Below are positions 1 to 13,255 of a DNA stretch of 64,000 nucleotides, piece after piece. Below the pieces are notes generated by a model that saw only the letters and a list, made by a program, of their open reading frames with translations, ran no database searches and was not told the origin of the DNA. Where the stretch lies: assembly GCA_030264375.1 (NCBI GenBank), contig JASCQW010000099.1:49070630-49134629 (forward strand). Direction: 5' to 3'. The position numbers and the translations under genes were made by a program. Each line of letters begins with the position of its first letter. Within the stretch, counting starts at the first letter, position 1. Source of the stretch: Carcharhinus longimanus. Taxonomy: Eukaryota.

Positions 1-460
1 TTCTTCTAAACTCTAACGAGTACAAGCCTAGTTCATTCAGCCTCTCCTCATAGCTCAACCCCCTCAACTCCGGAATTTGATTTGCAAGTTTATCTAGCTC
101 TGCTTTAATGCCCTCATAATTGCCCTTTTTTAAATTTAAAACATTAGTCTTGGATCCACTTTTCTTTTCCTCAAACTGAATGTAAAAGCTTATGATTGCT
201 GCTACATAGAGGCACTCAAAAACATTCAGTAAAGCCCTCATATTGGCTCCCGTTGCCCATCTGATGTCCCCTGTGATTATCACCATACCTTTCATAATTT
301 CTTCCTTCGTACTCCATCCTACTATGTGGATAACATTAGAGGGACTATACGCTCTCCCACTAGAGACTACTTAATGCTATTGTTTCTCATCTCTGCCCAA
401 GCCACTTCTACACCCTAGTTTTCTAAACATAGGTCATTCTTCTCCATTGTGTTGATACCA
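1..460 (-). mobile_element. Antisense CR1 LINE fragments
   Basis: Resembles the reverse complement of CR1 3'-region and endonuclease-region sequence seen elsewhere in the window; heavily decayed. Confidence 0.5.
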
Positions 461-519
461 TTATTGGCAGTGGGGTGAGATCATCAGCAGCAGGGAAGCA
501 AATGCGGGGCTGAAAAGAG

Positions 520-3500
520 ATGCAGAACTCAAGAACAGCAAGCTGAATAGACATGATAGGCAGGAACACGGCAGGGAGTGGAGAAAACTTGTTGGAATAA
601 ATTGCATCTATTTCAGTGCAAGAGGGCTGACAGGTAAGGCTGATGAATTTGGGGCATGTGGGACTGGAATGTTGTAGCCATAACTGAAATATGGCTAAGG
701 GAGGGACAGGACTGGCAGCTTAATGTTCCAGGGTACAGTTGCTTTAGGTGGGAAAGAGGAGGGGGAGTTGCATTTTTAATTAAGGGGAGCATCACAGCAA
801 TAGTCAGATGAAATGACCAAGGGATCATACAGTGACACTTTGTGGGTGGAACTAAGAAATGAGAAGGGGATGGTGACTTTATTGGGGTTGTACTATAAGC
901 TCCCAAATAGTCAATGGGAATTAGAAGAACAAATATGCAGGGAGACTTGCAGGAGTAATAAGGTTGTCATAATAGGGTATTTTAATTTTCCTAACATAGA
1001 CTCAGACTGCCATAGTGTTAAGGGCTTAGATGGCATGAAATTTGTTAATTGTGTTCAGGAAAATTTCCTTAGGCAGTATGTGAAGTGTCCTACTCAGGAA
1101 ACAGCAAAACTTGATCTACTCTTGGGAAATAGGGCAGGGCAAGTGACTGAGGTGGCCACTTTGGGGCCAGTGACCACTGTTCTAGTAATTTTAAAATAGT
1201 TAAGGAAAGGGACAAAATTAGTCCATAGGTGCAAGTTCTAAACTGGGGCAAGGCAAATTTTGATGGAATTCGACAGGACTTAGAACATAGAACATTACAG
1301 CGCAGAACAGGCCCTTCGGCCCACGATGTTGCGCCGACCAGTTAAAACAATGACCCACTAACCTAAACCAATCCCTTTTCGTCCATAAACCTATCCACGG
1401 TTTGATTGGAGTAGTTTGTTTGAGGGCAGTAGGACCTCCAGCAAGTGGGAGGTCTTTAAAAGTGAAATAGCTATCAAATTCAGGGGGTATATATTTTCCT
1501 GTTAGGGTGAAGAGCAAGTCTGGCAGGAGTAAGGAGCCTTAGCTGACAAAACTTATTGACGTTTTGGCCAAGAAAAAGGGGGAGGCATTGCTCAAGCACA
1601 AGGATTCCCTGGAGGTGTACAGGAGATGTACTTGAGAAGGAAATTAGGAGCGGAAAAAGGGGGCATGACATATCTTTGGCTGAGAGAATTAAGGTGAATC
1701 CAAAGGGATCTTAAATATGTTAAAGGAAAAAGAATAACTAGAGAGAGAATAGGACCTCTCAAGGACCCAGCTGGACCTGTGTGCAGCTGCAGGAGATGGT
1801 CAAGGTTCTCAATGAATATTTCTCCTTTGTGTTTACCATGGAGAAAGACACAAAGACTTGGGAACCTGAGAAAGTTAGTGGCAATATGTTGGGGACAGTT
1901 CGCATTACAGTAAAGGAGGTGATAAATGTATTAAAATGTATGAAGGTGGATAAATCTCCTGGCCCTGACCAGGTTTATCCAAGGACACTGTCTGAGGCTA
2001 GAGAAGAAATTGCAGGAGCCTGGCTGCGATATTTGCTTCGTTATTAGCCATGGGTGAAGTACCAGAAGACTGAGAGTAGCAAATGTTAAGAAGGACTGCA
2101 AAGGCAAACCTGTGAATTATAGACCAGTAAGCTTAACATCTGTGGTGGGTAAGTTACCAGAGACGATTCTGAAGGATAAGATATACAGACATTTGGAAAG
2201 GCAGGGTTTGATTAGGCGTAGTCGGCATGGCTTTGCACATGGGCGATCATGCCTTAGAATTGTTAGAGTTCTTTGAAGTGACCAGGAAGGTTGATAAGGG
2301 CGGGGCAATAGACTTTGGTGAGGCCTTTGATAAAGTTCTACATGAACAAAGAACAATACAGTACAGGAAACGGGCCCTTTGGCCCTCCAAGCCTGTGCCG
2401 CTCATTGGTCCAACTAGACCATTCGCTTGTATCCTTCCATTCCCAGTCTGTTCATGTGGCTATCCAGATAAGTCTTTAATGATCCCAGCGTGTCCGCCTC
2501 CACCACCCTGCTTGGCAGTGCATTCCAGACCCCCACAACCCTCTGTGTAAAATACATCCCTCTGATATCTGAGTTAAACCTTGCCCCCCTCACCTTGAAC
2601 CTGTGACCTCTCGTGTTCGTCACCTCAGACCTGGGAGAAAGCTTCCCACGGAGTCTTCAACATATCATTGATGAAGACGAACATCTCGCCAGGGCTATCC
2701 CCACACCCCCACTCCTTGCTTTCAGNNNNNNNNNNNNNNNNNNNNNNNNNNNNNNNNNNNNNNNNNNNNNNNNNNNNNNNNNNNNNNNNNNNNNNNNNNN
2801 NNNNNNNNNNNNNNNNNNNNNNNNNNNNNNNNNNNNNNNNNNNNNNNNNNNNNNNNNNNNNNNNNNNNNNNNNNNNNNNNNNNNNNNNNNNNNNNNNNNN
2901 NNNNNNNNNNTTTTATATTCAGTGCCCCATCCTATAAAGGCAAGCGTGCCATATGTCTTCTTCAGCACCTTCTCCAACTGTGATGCCACCTTCAAGGATC
3001 TGTGGGCTTGCACACCCAGGTCCATGGTAGGCTGTTCTGGAACGTTAGTTCACATGGAATCCAGGGAGAGCTGGCAAATTGGATATACAATTCGTTTGAT
3101 GTTAGGAAGCAGAGGGTAATGGTGGAAGGATGCTTGTCGGAATTGAGTATGAACATGACTAATGGTGTGCCTCAATTCAGTGCAGGGCCCCGTTGTTGGT
3201 TGTTATCTAAATCAATGATTTGGATGAGAATGTACAGGGCATGATCAGTAAGTTTGCAGATGACACTAAATTAGGTGGTGTTGTCGACAGTGAGGAGGGT
3301 TATCAAAAATTGCAGCAGGATCTTGATCAGCTGGGTGGAGAAATACAGAGAAGTGTGAGATGTTGCATTTTGGAAAGTCAAATCAATGTCAGACTTTCAC
3401 AATGGATAGTAGGGCCTTGGGAAATACCATAGAACAGAGGGATCTTGGAGTTCAGATGCATGGTTCCCTAAATGTGGCGCATCAGGAGATAGGGCAGTGA

Positions 3501-4105
3501 AGAAGGCTTTTGGCATGTTGGCCTTCTTCAGTCGGGGCATTGAGTATAGAAGTTGGGCAGATGTGTTGCAGTTGTACAGGATGTTGGTGAGACTGCACTG
3601 GAAGTATTGTGTTCAGTTTTGGTCACCTTGCTATAGAAAAAAGTTTTTAAACTGGAGAGAGTGCAGAAGAGATTTACATGGATGTTGTCAGGACTCAAGG
3701 GACTGAGTAATAGGGAGAGATTGGACAGGTTAGGACTTTTTTTCTTTGGTGTATAGGAAACCGAGAGCTGATCTTAGAGGTGTATAAGATCATGAGAGGC
3801 ATGGAGAGGGTGAATGCGCTCAGTCTTTTTGCTTGGGTTGGGGAATCAAGAACTAGAGGTTCAGATTTAAGGTAAGAGGGGAGAGAATTAATGGCAACCC
3901 GAGGAGCAACTTTTTTTACACAGAGGATGGTACATATATGGAACGAGCTGCCAGAGGAAGTGGTTGAGGCAGGGACATTGATAATATTTAAAAGGCATTT
4001 GGACAGATACATGGATAGGAAAGATTTAGAGGGATACGGGTCAAGTGCAGGCAAATAGGGTTAGCTTAGATGAGCATTTTGGTCGTCATCCATGATTCTA
4101 TGAAT
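520..4105 (+). mobile_element. Decayed CR1 LINE, near-complete ORF2 (APE endonuclease + reverse transcriptase) and 3' UTR
   Basis: Frameshifted fragments include WVELRN, GYFNFPNID, LDLLLGN, DKSPGPDQVYPR, AFDKVLH, KFADDTKLGG and YCVQFWSP. It ends in a (ATTCTATG)-type tail near 4095. Confidence 0.92.
2345..3025 (-). mobile_element. CR1 3' fragment nested antisense inside the older CR1 (spans a gap)
   Basis: Minus-strand DLGVQAHRSLKVASQ and TRGHRFKVRGARF..FTQRVVGVWNALP. It interrupts the host exactly at the FDKV.H|GRL motif. Confidence 0.85.
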
Positions 4106-4249
4106 TAACAGAGCCTTGCCTTCATCTTTTCCTAGCTTCTTGTCCTTCCCAAATGTCATGTAGCTTTCAATACTCAGGTTGTAATCAATCACTCTGCAGC
4201 CATGTCACTGTGATGGCAGTCGGATCATATTTATTTCTATTTGAGCTCT

Positions 4250-5410
4250 CTGTTATCTGTTTTGTCTCAAATGGATCCACTTCAGTTCACCATTTGCCGC
4301 ATCAGGTCCACAGCAGACACTATCTCCCTGACCCTACACCCTGGAACACCTAGATAACAAAGACACCTATGGCAGATTCCAATTCATTGACTACAGCTCA
4401 GTCTTTAACACCATTGTTCCTACTAGACTCATCTCCAAACTTTGTGGCCTGGGGCTTGACTCCTCCCTCTGCAGCTGGATCCGAGACTTCCTAACCCACA
4501 AACCACAGTCAGTAAGGATAGGCAACAACACCTCCACGATCATCCTCAACACCGGTACTCCGCAAGGCTGTGTCCTCAGCTCTTACTATACTCTTCATAC
4601 ACCTCTGACCAGACAAATTCCCCTCCAACTCGATTTTCAAGTTTGCTGATGACACCACCGTTGTGGGTCTGATCCCAAACAATGATGAGGCACAGTACTG
4701 AAAAGAGAGAATCTGGTAAACTGAGTGATGACAATCTTTCCCTCAATGTCAACAAAATGAAAGAGAAAATCATTGACTTCAGGAAGCGTGGTGGAGGGCA
4801 TGCCTCTGTTTACATCATTGGGGATGAAGTAGAAATGGTTGAAAGCTTCAAGTTTTTAGGTGTCCAGATCGCCAACAACCTGTCCTGGTCTCTCCATGCC
4901 GATACTACAGGAAAGAAAGCCCTCCAATGCCTCTGCTTTTTCAGGAGACTAAGGAAATTTAGCATGTTCACTACAACTCTCTCCAACTTCAGCATAGAAA
5001 GCATTCTTTCTGGTTGTATCACAGCTTGGTATGGCTCCTGTTCTATTCAAGAACGCAAGAAACTACAAAGGGTCATGAATGAATCAGCCTCCCATCCATT
5101 GATGTCTATACTTCCCACTGTCTCGGTAAAACAGCCAGCATAATCAAGGACCCATGCACCCCAGACATGCATTCTTCCATCAAGAGAAAGATCACCCACC
5201 AACCGATTTATAAACAGTTTCTTCCCTGCAATCAGACTTTTGAATGGGCCAACTTCACATTAAGTTGATCTTTCTGTGCACCCTAGCTCTGATTGTAACA
5301 CGTCATTCTGCACTATTTCCTTTCCTTCCCTATGTAAGGTATGTTTTGTATAGTACGCAAGAAACAATACTTTTCATTGTATACCAACACATGACAATAA
5401 ATCAAATCAA
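4250..5410 (+). mobile_element. Rex1/Babar-type LINE, 5'-truncated RT and 3' end
   Basis: Motifs [64 protein letters not shown] and IESILSGCITAWYG. Ends in acaataaatcaaatcaaa. Confidence 0.85.
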
Positions 5411-5889
5411 AATGCTGCGTGTATTCAGATTCAGAGCCTTTTATTTCATTGTTATTTTTGTAACTTTTAGCCTTATTTGCTGATATATTTTTAGACTTTG
5501 ATTGTAGCAGTACAAATCTGTCATTTCCCATATTAATATCTCTCTCTTACCTTGTCTCTACTGTTTGATTTACCATATCTTCCCTAATTAGGTCCTTTTC
5601 CCTCCACTATGTAGCATAAAATCCTCTCTCCATCACTGGTTATGTGGCTCATTAGATTATTTGTCCCATCATGGTTCAAGTATAGACCNNNNNNNNNNNN
5701 NNNNNNNNNNNNNNNNNNNNNNNNNNNNNNNNNNNNNNNNNNNNNNNNNNNNNNNNNNNNNNNNNNNNNNNNNNNNNNNNNNNNNNNNTGGTTAAAGTGA
5801 AGACCCTCTCAGTGGTACAGCCTCTACTATCCCATGTGCTGGCGCCAGTGCCTAACAAACTGTAACCCATTTATCCCATGTCTTTGAGC

Positions 5890-6420
5890 GATGCATTCAT
5901 TTCTCAAATTTTATTTGCCCTAAGCCAATTTGTACGTGTAATAATCCAAAGATCATTACCTTGAAGTTTTGCTTCTTAATTTGGTGCATAGTTCCTATGT
6001 TGAATACGCAGAATGTCCTGCCTATGTCATATCTACAAATGGACCATATCAACTGGATCCTCACACGTGTGCACACCATTCCCAACATCCTCTCCAGCCC
6101 TGAGTAGACATCCTGAACGCTTGCACTGGGTTTTGGTTCCCTTACTTACCTCATTTACAATGACTTCCTCCTGTCCATGACCACTTATGCTTAGAAGACA
6201 CTATCCTAAGAGTTGTGACCACTTCCTGGTATGGTGTCTGGATACCTTTCCCCTTCACTGATGTATCATAGTGTGTCCACTCGGCCTCCAGCTCAACGAC
6301 TTTGTGCAGGAGCTCCTTGAACTGCAAGTACTTTAGTGTTTGCCTTGGATTACAGTGGCATCCAGGAGCTTCCATATGTTGTAGTCTTGACACAGCACTT
6401 ATCCTGCCATCCTTAATGTG
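5890..6420 (-). mobile_element. CR1 ORF1-region fragment, antisense
   Basis: Minus-strand Cys-containing segment followed by LQFKELLHKVVELEAE, resembling the CR1 ORF1 zinc-finger/coiled-coil; decayed. Confidence 0.45.
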
Positions 6421-7583
6421 TTTTAATTAACTACTGAATTACTTTATTCAATGAATTATTTTTCATTTTATATGTTTTATTAATCTTACCACCAGTTTAT
6501 ATACTATATTAAATCTTAGGAGTAGAATAAATTTTAACTACTTACTAGATGCTCAACAAACAACGATCCTCTTCCCATGTAATAGAGTAAGAACCAATTT
6601 CTACAGAATAAAGAAGTTAGAAAAAGCAAAGGAGCACCTCCTTCCCCTCTTCACCTAACTCCCTCAATCGCCTAACACTTGGTACTCTTGTTCAAAGTTG
6701 CATTCCAGTGGTAAGTCATGCTGAGGCGCCAGTATTTCTATGCCCTCAAACAAGTTCGGCTCCAGGTACAGAAAAAAGTTTTATCTAGTTTCCTTAATTA
6801 ATTAGAACTGCTCTCCAGTGAAGCTTGTATCCTGCTTGAGCCTGGATGAAATGTAGAATTCAACAGTAAGTTTCAGTTAGATGCTAAGTGTTTAAATGAA
6901 ACACAATTGTATTTTTAGCGAGAGATTAAGATTCTNNNNNNNNNNGGCATCAGTTTGCTTAGAGTGGGGAAAAATATATGCTGGTATGCTGGAGCCAAAA
7001 TTAGAACACTATTGAGGCCTGGCAGAAAAAGATTTACTTTCCATTTTGGCTTTAAAAAAATGGTTCTGTGACCCTGCATACACCTGATTTTCCCATGCAG
7101 ACAAATGGAAAGTATAGAATAGGCAGGATCAGTTGCTTGCAATAATTTTAATTTTCATTTTGTCGTATGTTGCATGTTCACTGTTAGTACTAATGATTAA
7201 GATAGAACTAAATAACATTTCAGCAATCAGAATGGAAGTTGCAAGTGCCCCATTTTTCTTTTTGTGAGCATCACAATGTTATCTAAATTAACCTTCACTT
7301 GGGAATAACAATTCTACTTTCTGCATTGAGTTACATTTATAGTTGGGAAGGAAGAAAAGTATGAATATTGTATCTATACCTGGCGTAATGTCATAACCGT
7401 AGAAAAGGGCTAGTTAAGTGATTTCCCTTTTCCTACCCTTATTAGTGCACCTGACCATGAGGCCTAAACTATGGCTTATGAAAACACTTGTTCAGAGAAC
7501 CCAGAGCTGCACCTTCAGTAAATTATCTTATAAAATTGTTTATTTCAAATTACATGTTTTCAGATGAATATTTGTCTCCACAG

Positions 7584-7711
7584 GTTGCAGAAAGAGCTTT
7601 GTATTTCTGGAATAATGAGTACATCCTTAGTCTGATTGAAGATAACTCTGAGAAAATTCTACCAATTATGTTTGGTAGTTTATACAGAATCTCCAAGGAA
7701 CACTGGAATCC
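7584..7711 (+). CDS. PPP2R5A: PP2A regulatory subunit B56-alpha, third-last coding exon (128 bp, phase 0 to 2)
   Basis: Acceptor ctccacag|GTT and donor CC|gtaagt. Translates [42 protein letters not shown](P), a hallmark B56-family segment. Confidence 0.95.
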
Positions 7712-8948
7712 GTAAGTTTTTCTCATTAAAATATATGTATGTTTTGACTAACATATAGCAAAATGATAAATCTGTTCTTCACATTGACAAAGTCCCAAAA
7801 TGTCCAGTCAGTGACAAAGTGGGTGGAACCTTTTGGTCCTGGCTTCAACAGGGTTGCAATGCCAAGTAGAATAAGGAGGTTAAATAGCAGTTGAGATTGC
7901 AGTGAGGTCATACCCCTCTTTTTTTTTGTCATCATGAGCTGAAGACACATCTCCGTTAGGTCTGTCTTCAGTGCATCAACTTGCGTTGTTGTTAAATGAA
8001 CCTGTCACCCCTAGTATAGCTGTCAGCCCTTCATGCACATCAGCACATGGTGCTCATCCTGCCTCCCTCCTGACAATCCCCCTTCCTCGTACCCTAAACA
8101 GCAGTTACCACCTTTCCAACAGTGCTCCCACCCCCCCGCCACGTCATCTCTCAAAATGTTCAGCTGATATCAGAATAGTTGCAATTTCTAGGGGTTATAA
8201 GTGAGAGAAGGGGGAAGTGAGCATTGACAATGGGAGTTCTGGATACTGCTGTGTAGTGATGGGAGGGACTGACCTGTTGGGAGGCCTGTGTAGGTGAGTA
8301 TTGTTGAGGTGCAGACAATAACCGCTGTCAAGTGAGTGTTGAGCACTGGCATCAATCCAAGGTGAGTGGTGACCATTGCCAGGGGTCTGGGAGGGGTCAA
8401 ACGCTGTCATTGGTGTAGGAGGAGACAAGCAGTATCGGGTTTGAGCAATGTTGGGGTTTCTGGTTTCCGTAGTGCTTCAACACACCAGGTACTCCGCTCA
8501 CCATGCTTTGCACCTCCTCTGAAATGCTCTAAGTAATTATGTAATAACTAGTATAAATATAGGGCAAACAGCCCCAGCCTGTGTGGTTCTGGCCATCTGA
8601 TCCCACTGTCATAGCAATTGAGGTAGGGTAAAATCAGCAATTGGGAGTTTTAAACTTCATGCACAAGTAAGTGCACTAGTCAGGACTTCCTCAAGGTCCC
8701 GAGGAGAAACAGCACCTTGAGTTCAGTCATTTGTCACTTATCTGAAGATTTGAGCCTTTGGGGCAATCTTATGAGGAAAATTTTAAGTGCCTTGCTTGCG
8801 TGAAATCTGCTTTTTGAGCAAGTCCAAATTCAGTATCTTATGCACTTAGAAAGAGAAAAAATGGATTAAACCGTTTCTAGCCATTAGATAGAATGGGCAG
8901 AGCTAAAATTGCAGGAAGGCTGCTGCCGCAGCGAAAGGCACCACTGCG

Positions 8949-8996
8949 CATGTGCAGACCTATGTTTGCACATGTGCAGACCTATGTTTGCACATG
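8949..8996. repeat. 22-bp perfect tandem duplication (catgtgcagacctatgtttgca x2 + catg)
   Basis: Read directly: units at 8949-8970 and 8971-8992. Confidence 0.9.
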
Positions 8997-9509
8997 CATA
9001 ATGGCAACGAGCAGAGAGCTGACACGACAGATCTTTCGATGAACCGCCCCACCCCCCGAATGATCCTGAGCCCCCCGTCACCCAGACCAATCGCCTGCAG
9101 AGTGGCAACCCCCACCATCCCACTGATTGTGTGCAGATTCGTAGCACGCCCTGCCTCCCTATCTGATCAGCCCTGCTGGACATGCTAGGCTGGCACTGCC
9201 CACGGGGCATCCCTCTTTTCCTCGTCCTCCTGGGGGCACTTCAAGCCTCCAGTTCTATTGGCAAGGCTATCACGGCTGGTCCCCATTACCTTCAGAGGCA
9301 AGTGAGCCCAGACAATTGCATCCTGGGCTTGCTCATCACGAGTGTGAGCATTAAATATATTTTAAAAATTTATTCAGCTTTTCACTGGAAATGAGTGGGA
9401 GGCTGAATGTGTCTGATATCCAATGCTGGTAAAATCATGAAAGTCGAGAAATCGGGCCCAAACCTAATTTCTTGGCTCTCGTGTGATTTTACTGGCTCAC
9501 CCTGCTTGT

Positions 9510-9870
9510 CTTGACTGTAGATATAGAATGGATGTTTCCCCATGTGGAACATCCTAGAACAAGAGGCCATAGTTTTAGGCTAAGGTGTGGCATTTTAAAT
9601 GCCATTTTACAACAGAATTGAGGAGGGGTTACTCCATTCAAAGAGTTGTGAATCTGTGGAATTCTCGACCCCAGACTGCAGTGGACACTGGAACACTAAA
9701 CAAATTGAAGGAAATAATAGGTTTTTAATTAGTAGTGGGATGAAGGATTATGGGGAGCTTGTAGAAAGGTGGTGATGAGGCCAAAGTGAGATCAGCCATG
9801 ATTGTAATGAATAGTGGGGCAGGTTCGATGTGTTGAATAGCCTACTCCTGCTGCTAATTCTTATGTCTTT
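9510..9870 (+). mobile_element. CR1 3' end fragment
   Basis: Contains gagttgtgaatctgtggaattct, agatcagccatgat and cctactcctgctgctaattcttatg, typical of the CR1 3' UTR. Confidence 0.75.
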
Positions 9871-10309
9871 GAATTTTTACATCAGTTTTTTTTGTTAGTT
9901 CTAGAGTTTATAGTTACAATGATTTTTTTCATCTTTGTAGCTTTCAAGGGCAGCTTTATATTATCTGTCCACTGTATAGTTGTGTTGAAGTAACCTCAGT
10001 TGTACTTCATTTTAGATTCATTTCAAACTTCAGAGAAAGGAGACCTGCAGATTATTGTCTGTACTGGATTTACAATTTCAACACCCACTGAAATCATGGT
10101 TGTATTGTACCCTTACAATCCATTTCTGAAGAGGAGTGAGATTCTTGTTCAGGGGATCTTATACTTTCTATCTGGAGTCAGCTTAAGCCTAAATGCAGAT
10201 TCAGACTGTACTACATTAAAACTGCAATATCACTGCACACTGGCATTACAATTGTATATGAATAATTTTTAAACTTTTTTTTAAATGTTTAGTTGATACC
10301 AGTTCTAGT

Positions 10310-11165
10310 GTCAGCCATGGTTTAGTTGGTAGTGCTCTTAAGCTTTCCTCTGAGTTATAATGTTGTGGACTCAAGTTCCAATTCACTTGAGAATGAAAAT
10401 CCAGACTGACAGTCCATTGCAGTACTGAAGAAATTCTGCACTGAGAAATTTGCTGCTTTTTCATTGGGACGTTCAAGGGACCCATCTCCTTTCTTAGTTA
10501 AATGCAAACGGTCACGTGGCACTATTTTGAAAAAGAGCAGGGAAGATGGCCCATATCCTGTCCAGTATTTCTTCCTGAACAAAGCCCAGTCCATCACACA
10601 GCAAATGAAGCCCAGTCCGTCATGCAAACCAGCCTCCCATCCATTGACTCTGTCCACACTTCCCACTGTCTCAGAAAAGCAGCCAGCATAATTGAGGATC
10701 CCACGCGCCCCGGACGTACCCTCTTTCTTCATCTTCCATTGGGAAAGAGAGACAAAAGTCTGGTCATGGACCAGCCAACTCAAGAACAGCTTTTTTCCTG
10801 CTGCCATCAGACTTTTGAATGAACCTAACTCGTATTAAGTTGATCCAACTCAACACGCTAGCTATTACTCTAACACTACATTCTGCACCCTCTCCTTTCC
10901 TTTTCTATGTGCAATATGCTTTGTATGGTGCACAAGAAACAATACTTTTCACTGTATACTAATGCATATGACAAATTAAATTAACTAATATCTCAAAATC
11001 CAGATTAGCTGGTTATTGTCACATCGCTATTTGTGGGAACTTGCTGAGTACAAATTCACTGACACATTTCCCACATTGTAACAATGACAACACTTAAAAG
11101 TACTACACTGGTTCTGAAACACTTTGGGCATCATGATGATGTGTTATAAATACAAGTCTGTTTTT
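10310..11165 (+). mobile_element. Deu-domain tRNA-derived SINE (SacSINE1-like), split by a Rex1 insertion
   Basis: tRNA-like head, central gcagtactga...ggcactattttgaa..gagcaggga domain, and tail tttgtgggaacttgctg...ataaatacaagtct resuming at about 10990. Confidence 0.7.
10575..10980 (+). mobile_element. Rex1/Babar 3' end nested in the SINE
   Basis: Clearly homologous to 5080-5410 (cagcctcccatccattga...cagccagcataat...caagaaacaatacttttca). Confidence 0.8.
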
Positions 11166-11889
11166 AAATACATAACCATACAGCCTTTTAAGAAAGACAA
11201 AAAAAACCTGAGTTCAATTTAGGAGAAATCTCCTGAAAATTCCTTTATAATCCTCTAAAGCAATTGAAAAAAAGCTCAAAGAGATTATTAAATCCTACTA
11301 TTCCCAGCCACTTCAAACTTTATGCAATATAATTTGGAAATGTCCCTCTACAGGAAATGCTTCATAAATCTATTTCAGACAGAAATGATTTGGGTGAAAA
11401 AAACGTTTGTGCCATTGTGCCCACACCTTCTGGCTTTGATATCCCTATTCATATCAAATTCTTACCCAATTGAATAGAATCCCTTAAGTTGATATTTTTG
11501 TTCAAAATCTCTAGTTAGAGAGGAAAGCCATTCTACCCAATTTAGCTCATCGTCATGAAATACCTGATTATTCCTTTGTCATAGCTTCCAGCTGTTCATT
11601 AATTCCAGAGTGTTCCATTACTCTACTTAAAATGCCAGTTTATATGTTGAGCACAGTTTTTGTGAAGAAAACATTGCTGACATCACTGCTAATTTTGCCC
11701 TGTGCTGGTTTGAACTGTTTTAGTCATGTTTTGGATCTATCTTTCTGGATTGTTTTTCCATCTTTGATAACTTTATAGAATTGTACTGTAGACGTTTCCA
11801 TTTTATTTACATTGCCTTTTTCACTCCTTTTCCATAAATTCTTCTGTAACTATGAGGCACATTCAAGTGAATACAAACTTGTTTTACAG

Positions 11890-11991
11890 AACCATTGTAG
11901 CACTCGTTTACAACGTACTAAAAACGTTAATGGAGATGAATGGGTCATTATTCGACGAACTTACAGCGTCTTACAAGGCAGAAAGGCAACG
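11890..11991 (+). CDS. PPP2R5A: PP2A B56-alpha, penultimate coding exon (102 bp, phase 2 to 2)
   Basis: Acceptor ttttacag|A and donor CG|gtatgc. Translates [33 protein letters not shown](R), in frame with both neighbouring exons. Confidence 0.95.
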
Positions 11992-13107
11992 GTATGCAAT
12001 CATCTTTAATTTTTTATTTTACACTTTCCGCTAAGTGTTTATTGGCCCTCTTTATTGGCGTACAAAAAATACAGATTGAGGGTTGAGAACTCACTCGGAC
12101 AGTCAGCTTTTCTGTTTTATTTTCTTTTTCACCTTTGTGACAATGAGGCGGGGAAAGAACCTTATCTCCTTTCATCCCATCTGTTGATTGCTCAGTTGGC
12201 AGCAGAAATTTGCTGTGAACGTCTTGTGTTTGTAAATCAACGATTAGGCTGCTGTTTCATCTCTCGGAATGCATTCTTCATTAATTGGCTTGCAACAAAA
12301 CTCATGCCACCTTCTCATCATGCACTGTCCAAGATATGAATGGCCAGTGAACTGAAACTATATTAATGCAGTGGCAGAATTTCGATAACTATTCCTACAA
12401 AGTGTCTGACAAAAACTATTTTCAATGGATGTAATTGTTTCAATTGCCAATGAGTGTAGTTTTATTAAAAAATTATACCTGGCATTTTCATTTTTAATAA
12501 TATGAGCTACCACATTGAGTCATGAATCTTGGATTTTTGTAATGCAGATGATTGGTGTTAAAATAATAAAAATATCATGTACTATTTTGGTCATTTTGCC
12601 TTTAGCTGAGGTGTCCGTATGAACAGCAGCAAGAAATACCTATTTTTTTTAGCGTGATGTAAATACACTGCAGATTAATCACCAATTCTTTTTTATTCAT
12701 GTGGATGGCAAGTTACAAAATTTATTGTTGTCCACTGATTTCTAAATTTGCATGGGTGTATTCAGAACAAAGATCTAAAATTATCCTTCTTTGGAGCTGA
12801 ATAGCATTTGTGCAACAATAAGAATCGTGCCTCGAGGAAGTGCATAATCATTTTACTTTGAGCAACGTCCTCCTTAAAAAGCCATGGTCATTTTGTATGG
12901 CTTCTGAGTCAACAGTGATCATTTTTAGAAAGTAACTTTGAAGCCTGTATTAACATTTCCACAAGTCTGTTTAAAGTTTAATTATTCGGAGATGAATTTG
13001 GAAAGCTTTAAAGTACAATTTTTCACATTTAAAATTCCCTCAAGTGACTGTACTTCACAACGCTGTTACTAGTATTGTTCAGTAACAGATTAATGTTTAA
13101 TTTGCAG

Positions 13108-13255
13108 TGAAAAGAAGAAAGAACAGGAGCGTGAGGAACTTTGGAAGAACCTTGAAGAGTTGCAGCTCCAGAGGAGCCAGGTGCTTGCTGGCAGCTTGCA
13201 GATCAATACCCATAATGTGGAAAATGCTCGGAACAGTACATCAAGTGCCAAATGA
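13108..13255 (+). CDS. PPP2R5A: PP2A B56-alpha, last coding exon including TGA
   Basis: Acceptor tttgcag|T. Translates EKKKEQEREELWKNLEELQLQRSQVLAGSLQINTHNVENARNSTSSAK*. The tail resembles the alpha paralogue as I recall it, and adjacency to PACC1 matches the mammalian PPP2R5A locus. Confidence 0.93.

Noticed and set aside
7330-7490. Possible intronic snoRNA (human PPP2R5A hosts SNORA16B as I recall); small hairpin at about 7405-7432
   Set aside because: No similarity to SNORA16 that I can recognise and no convincing H/ACA two-hairpin layout. An Rfam scan would settle it.
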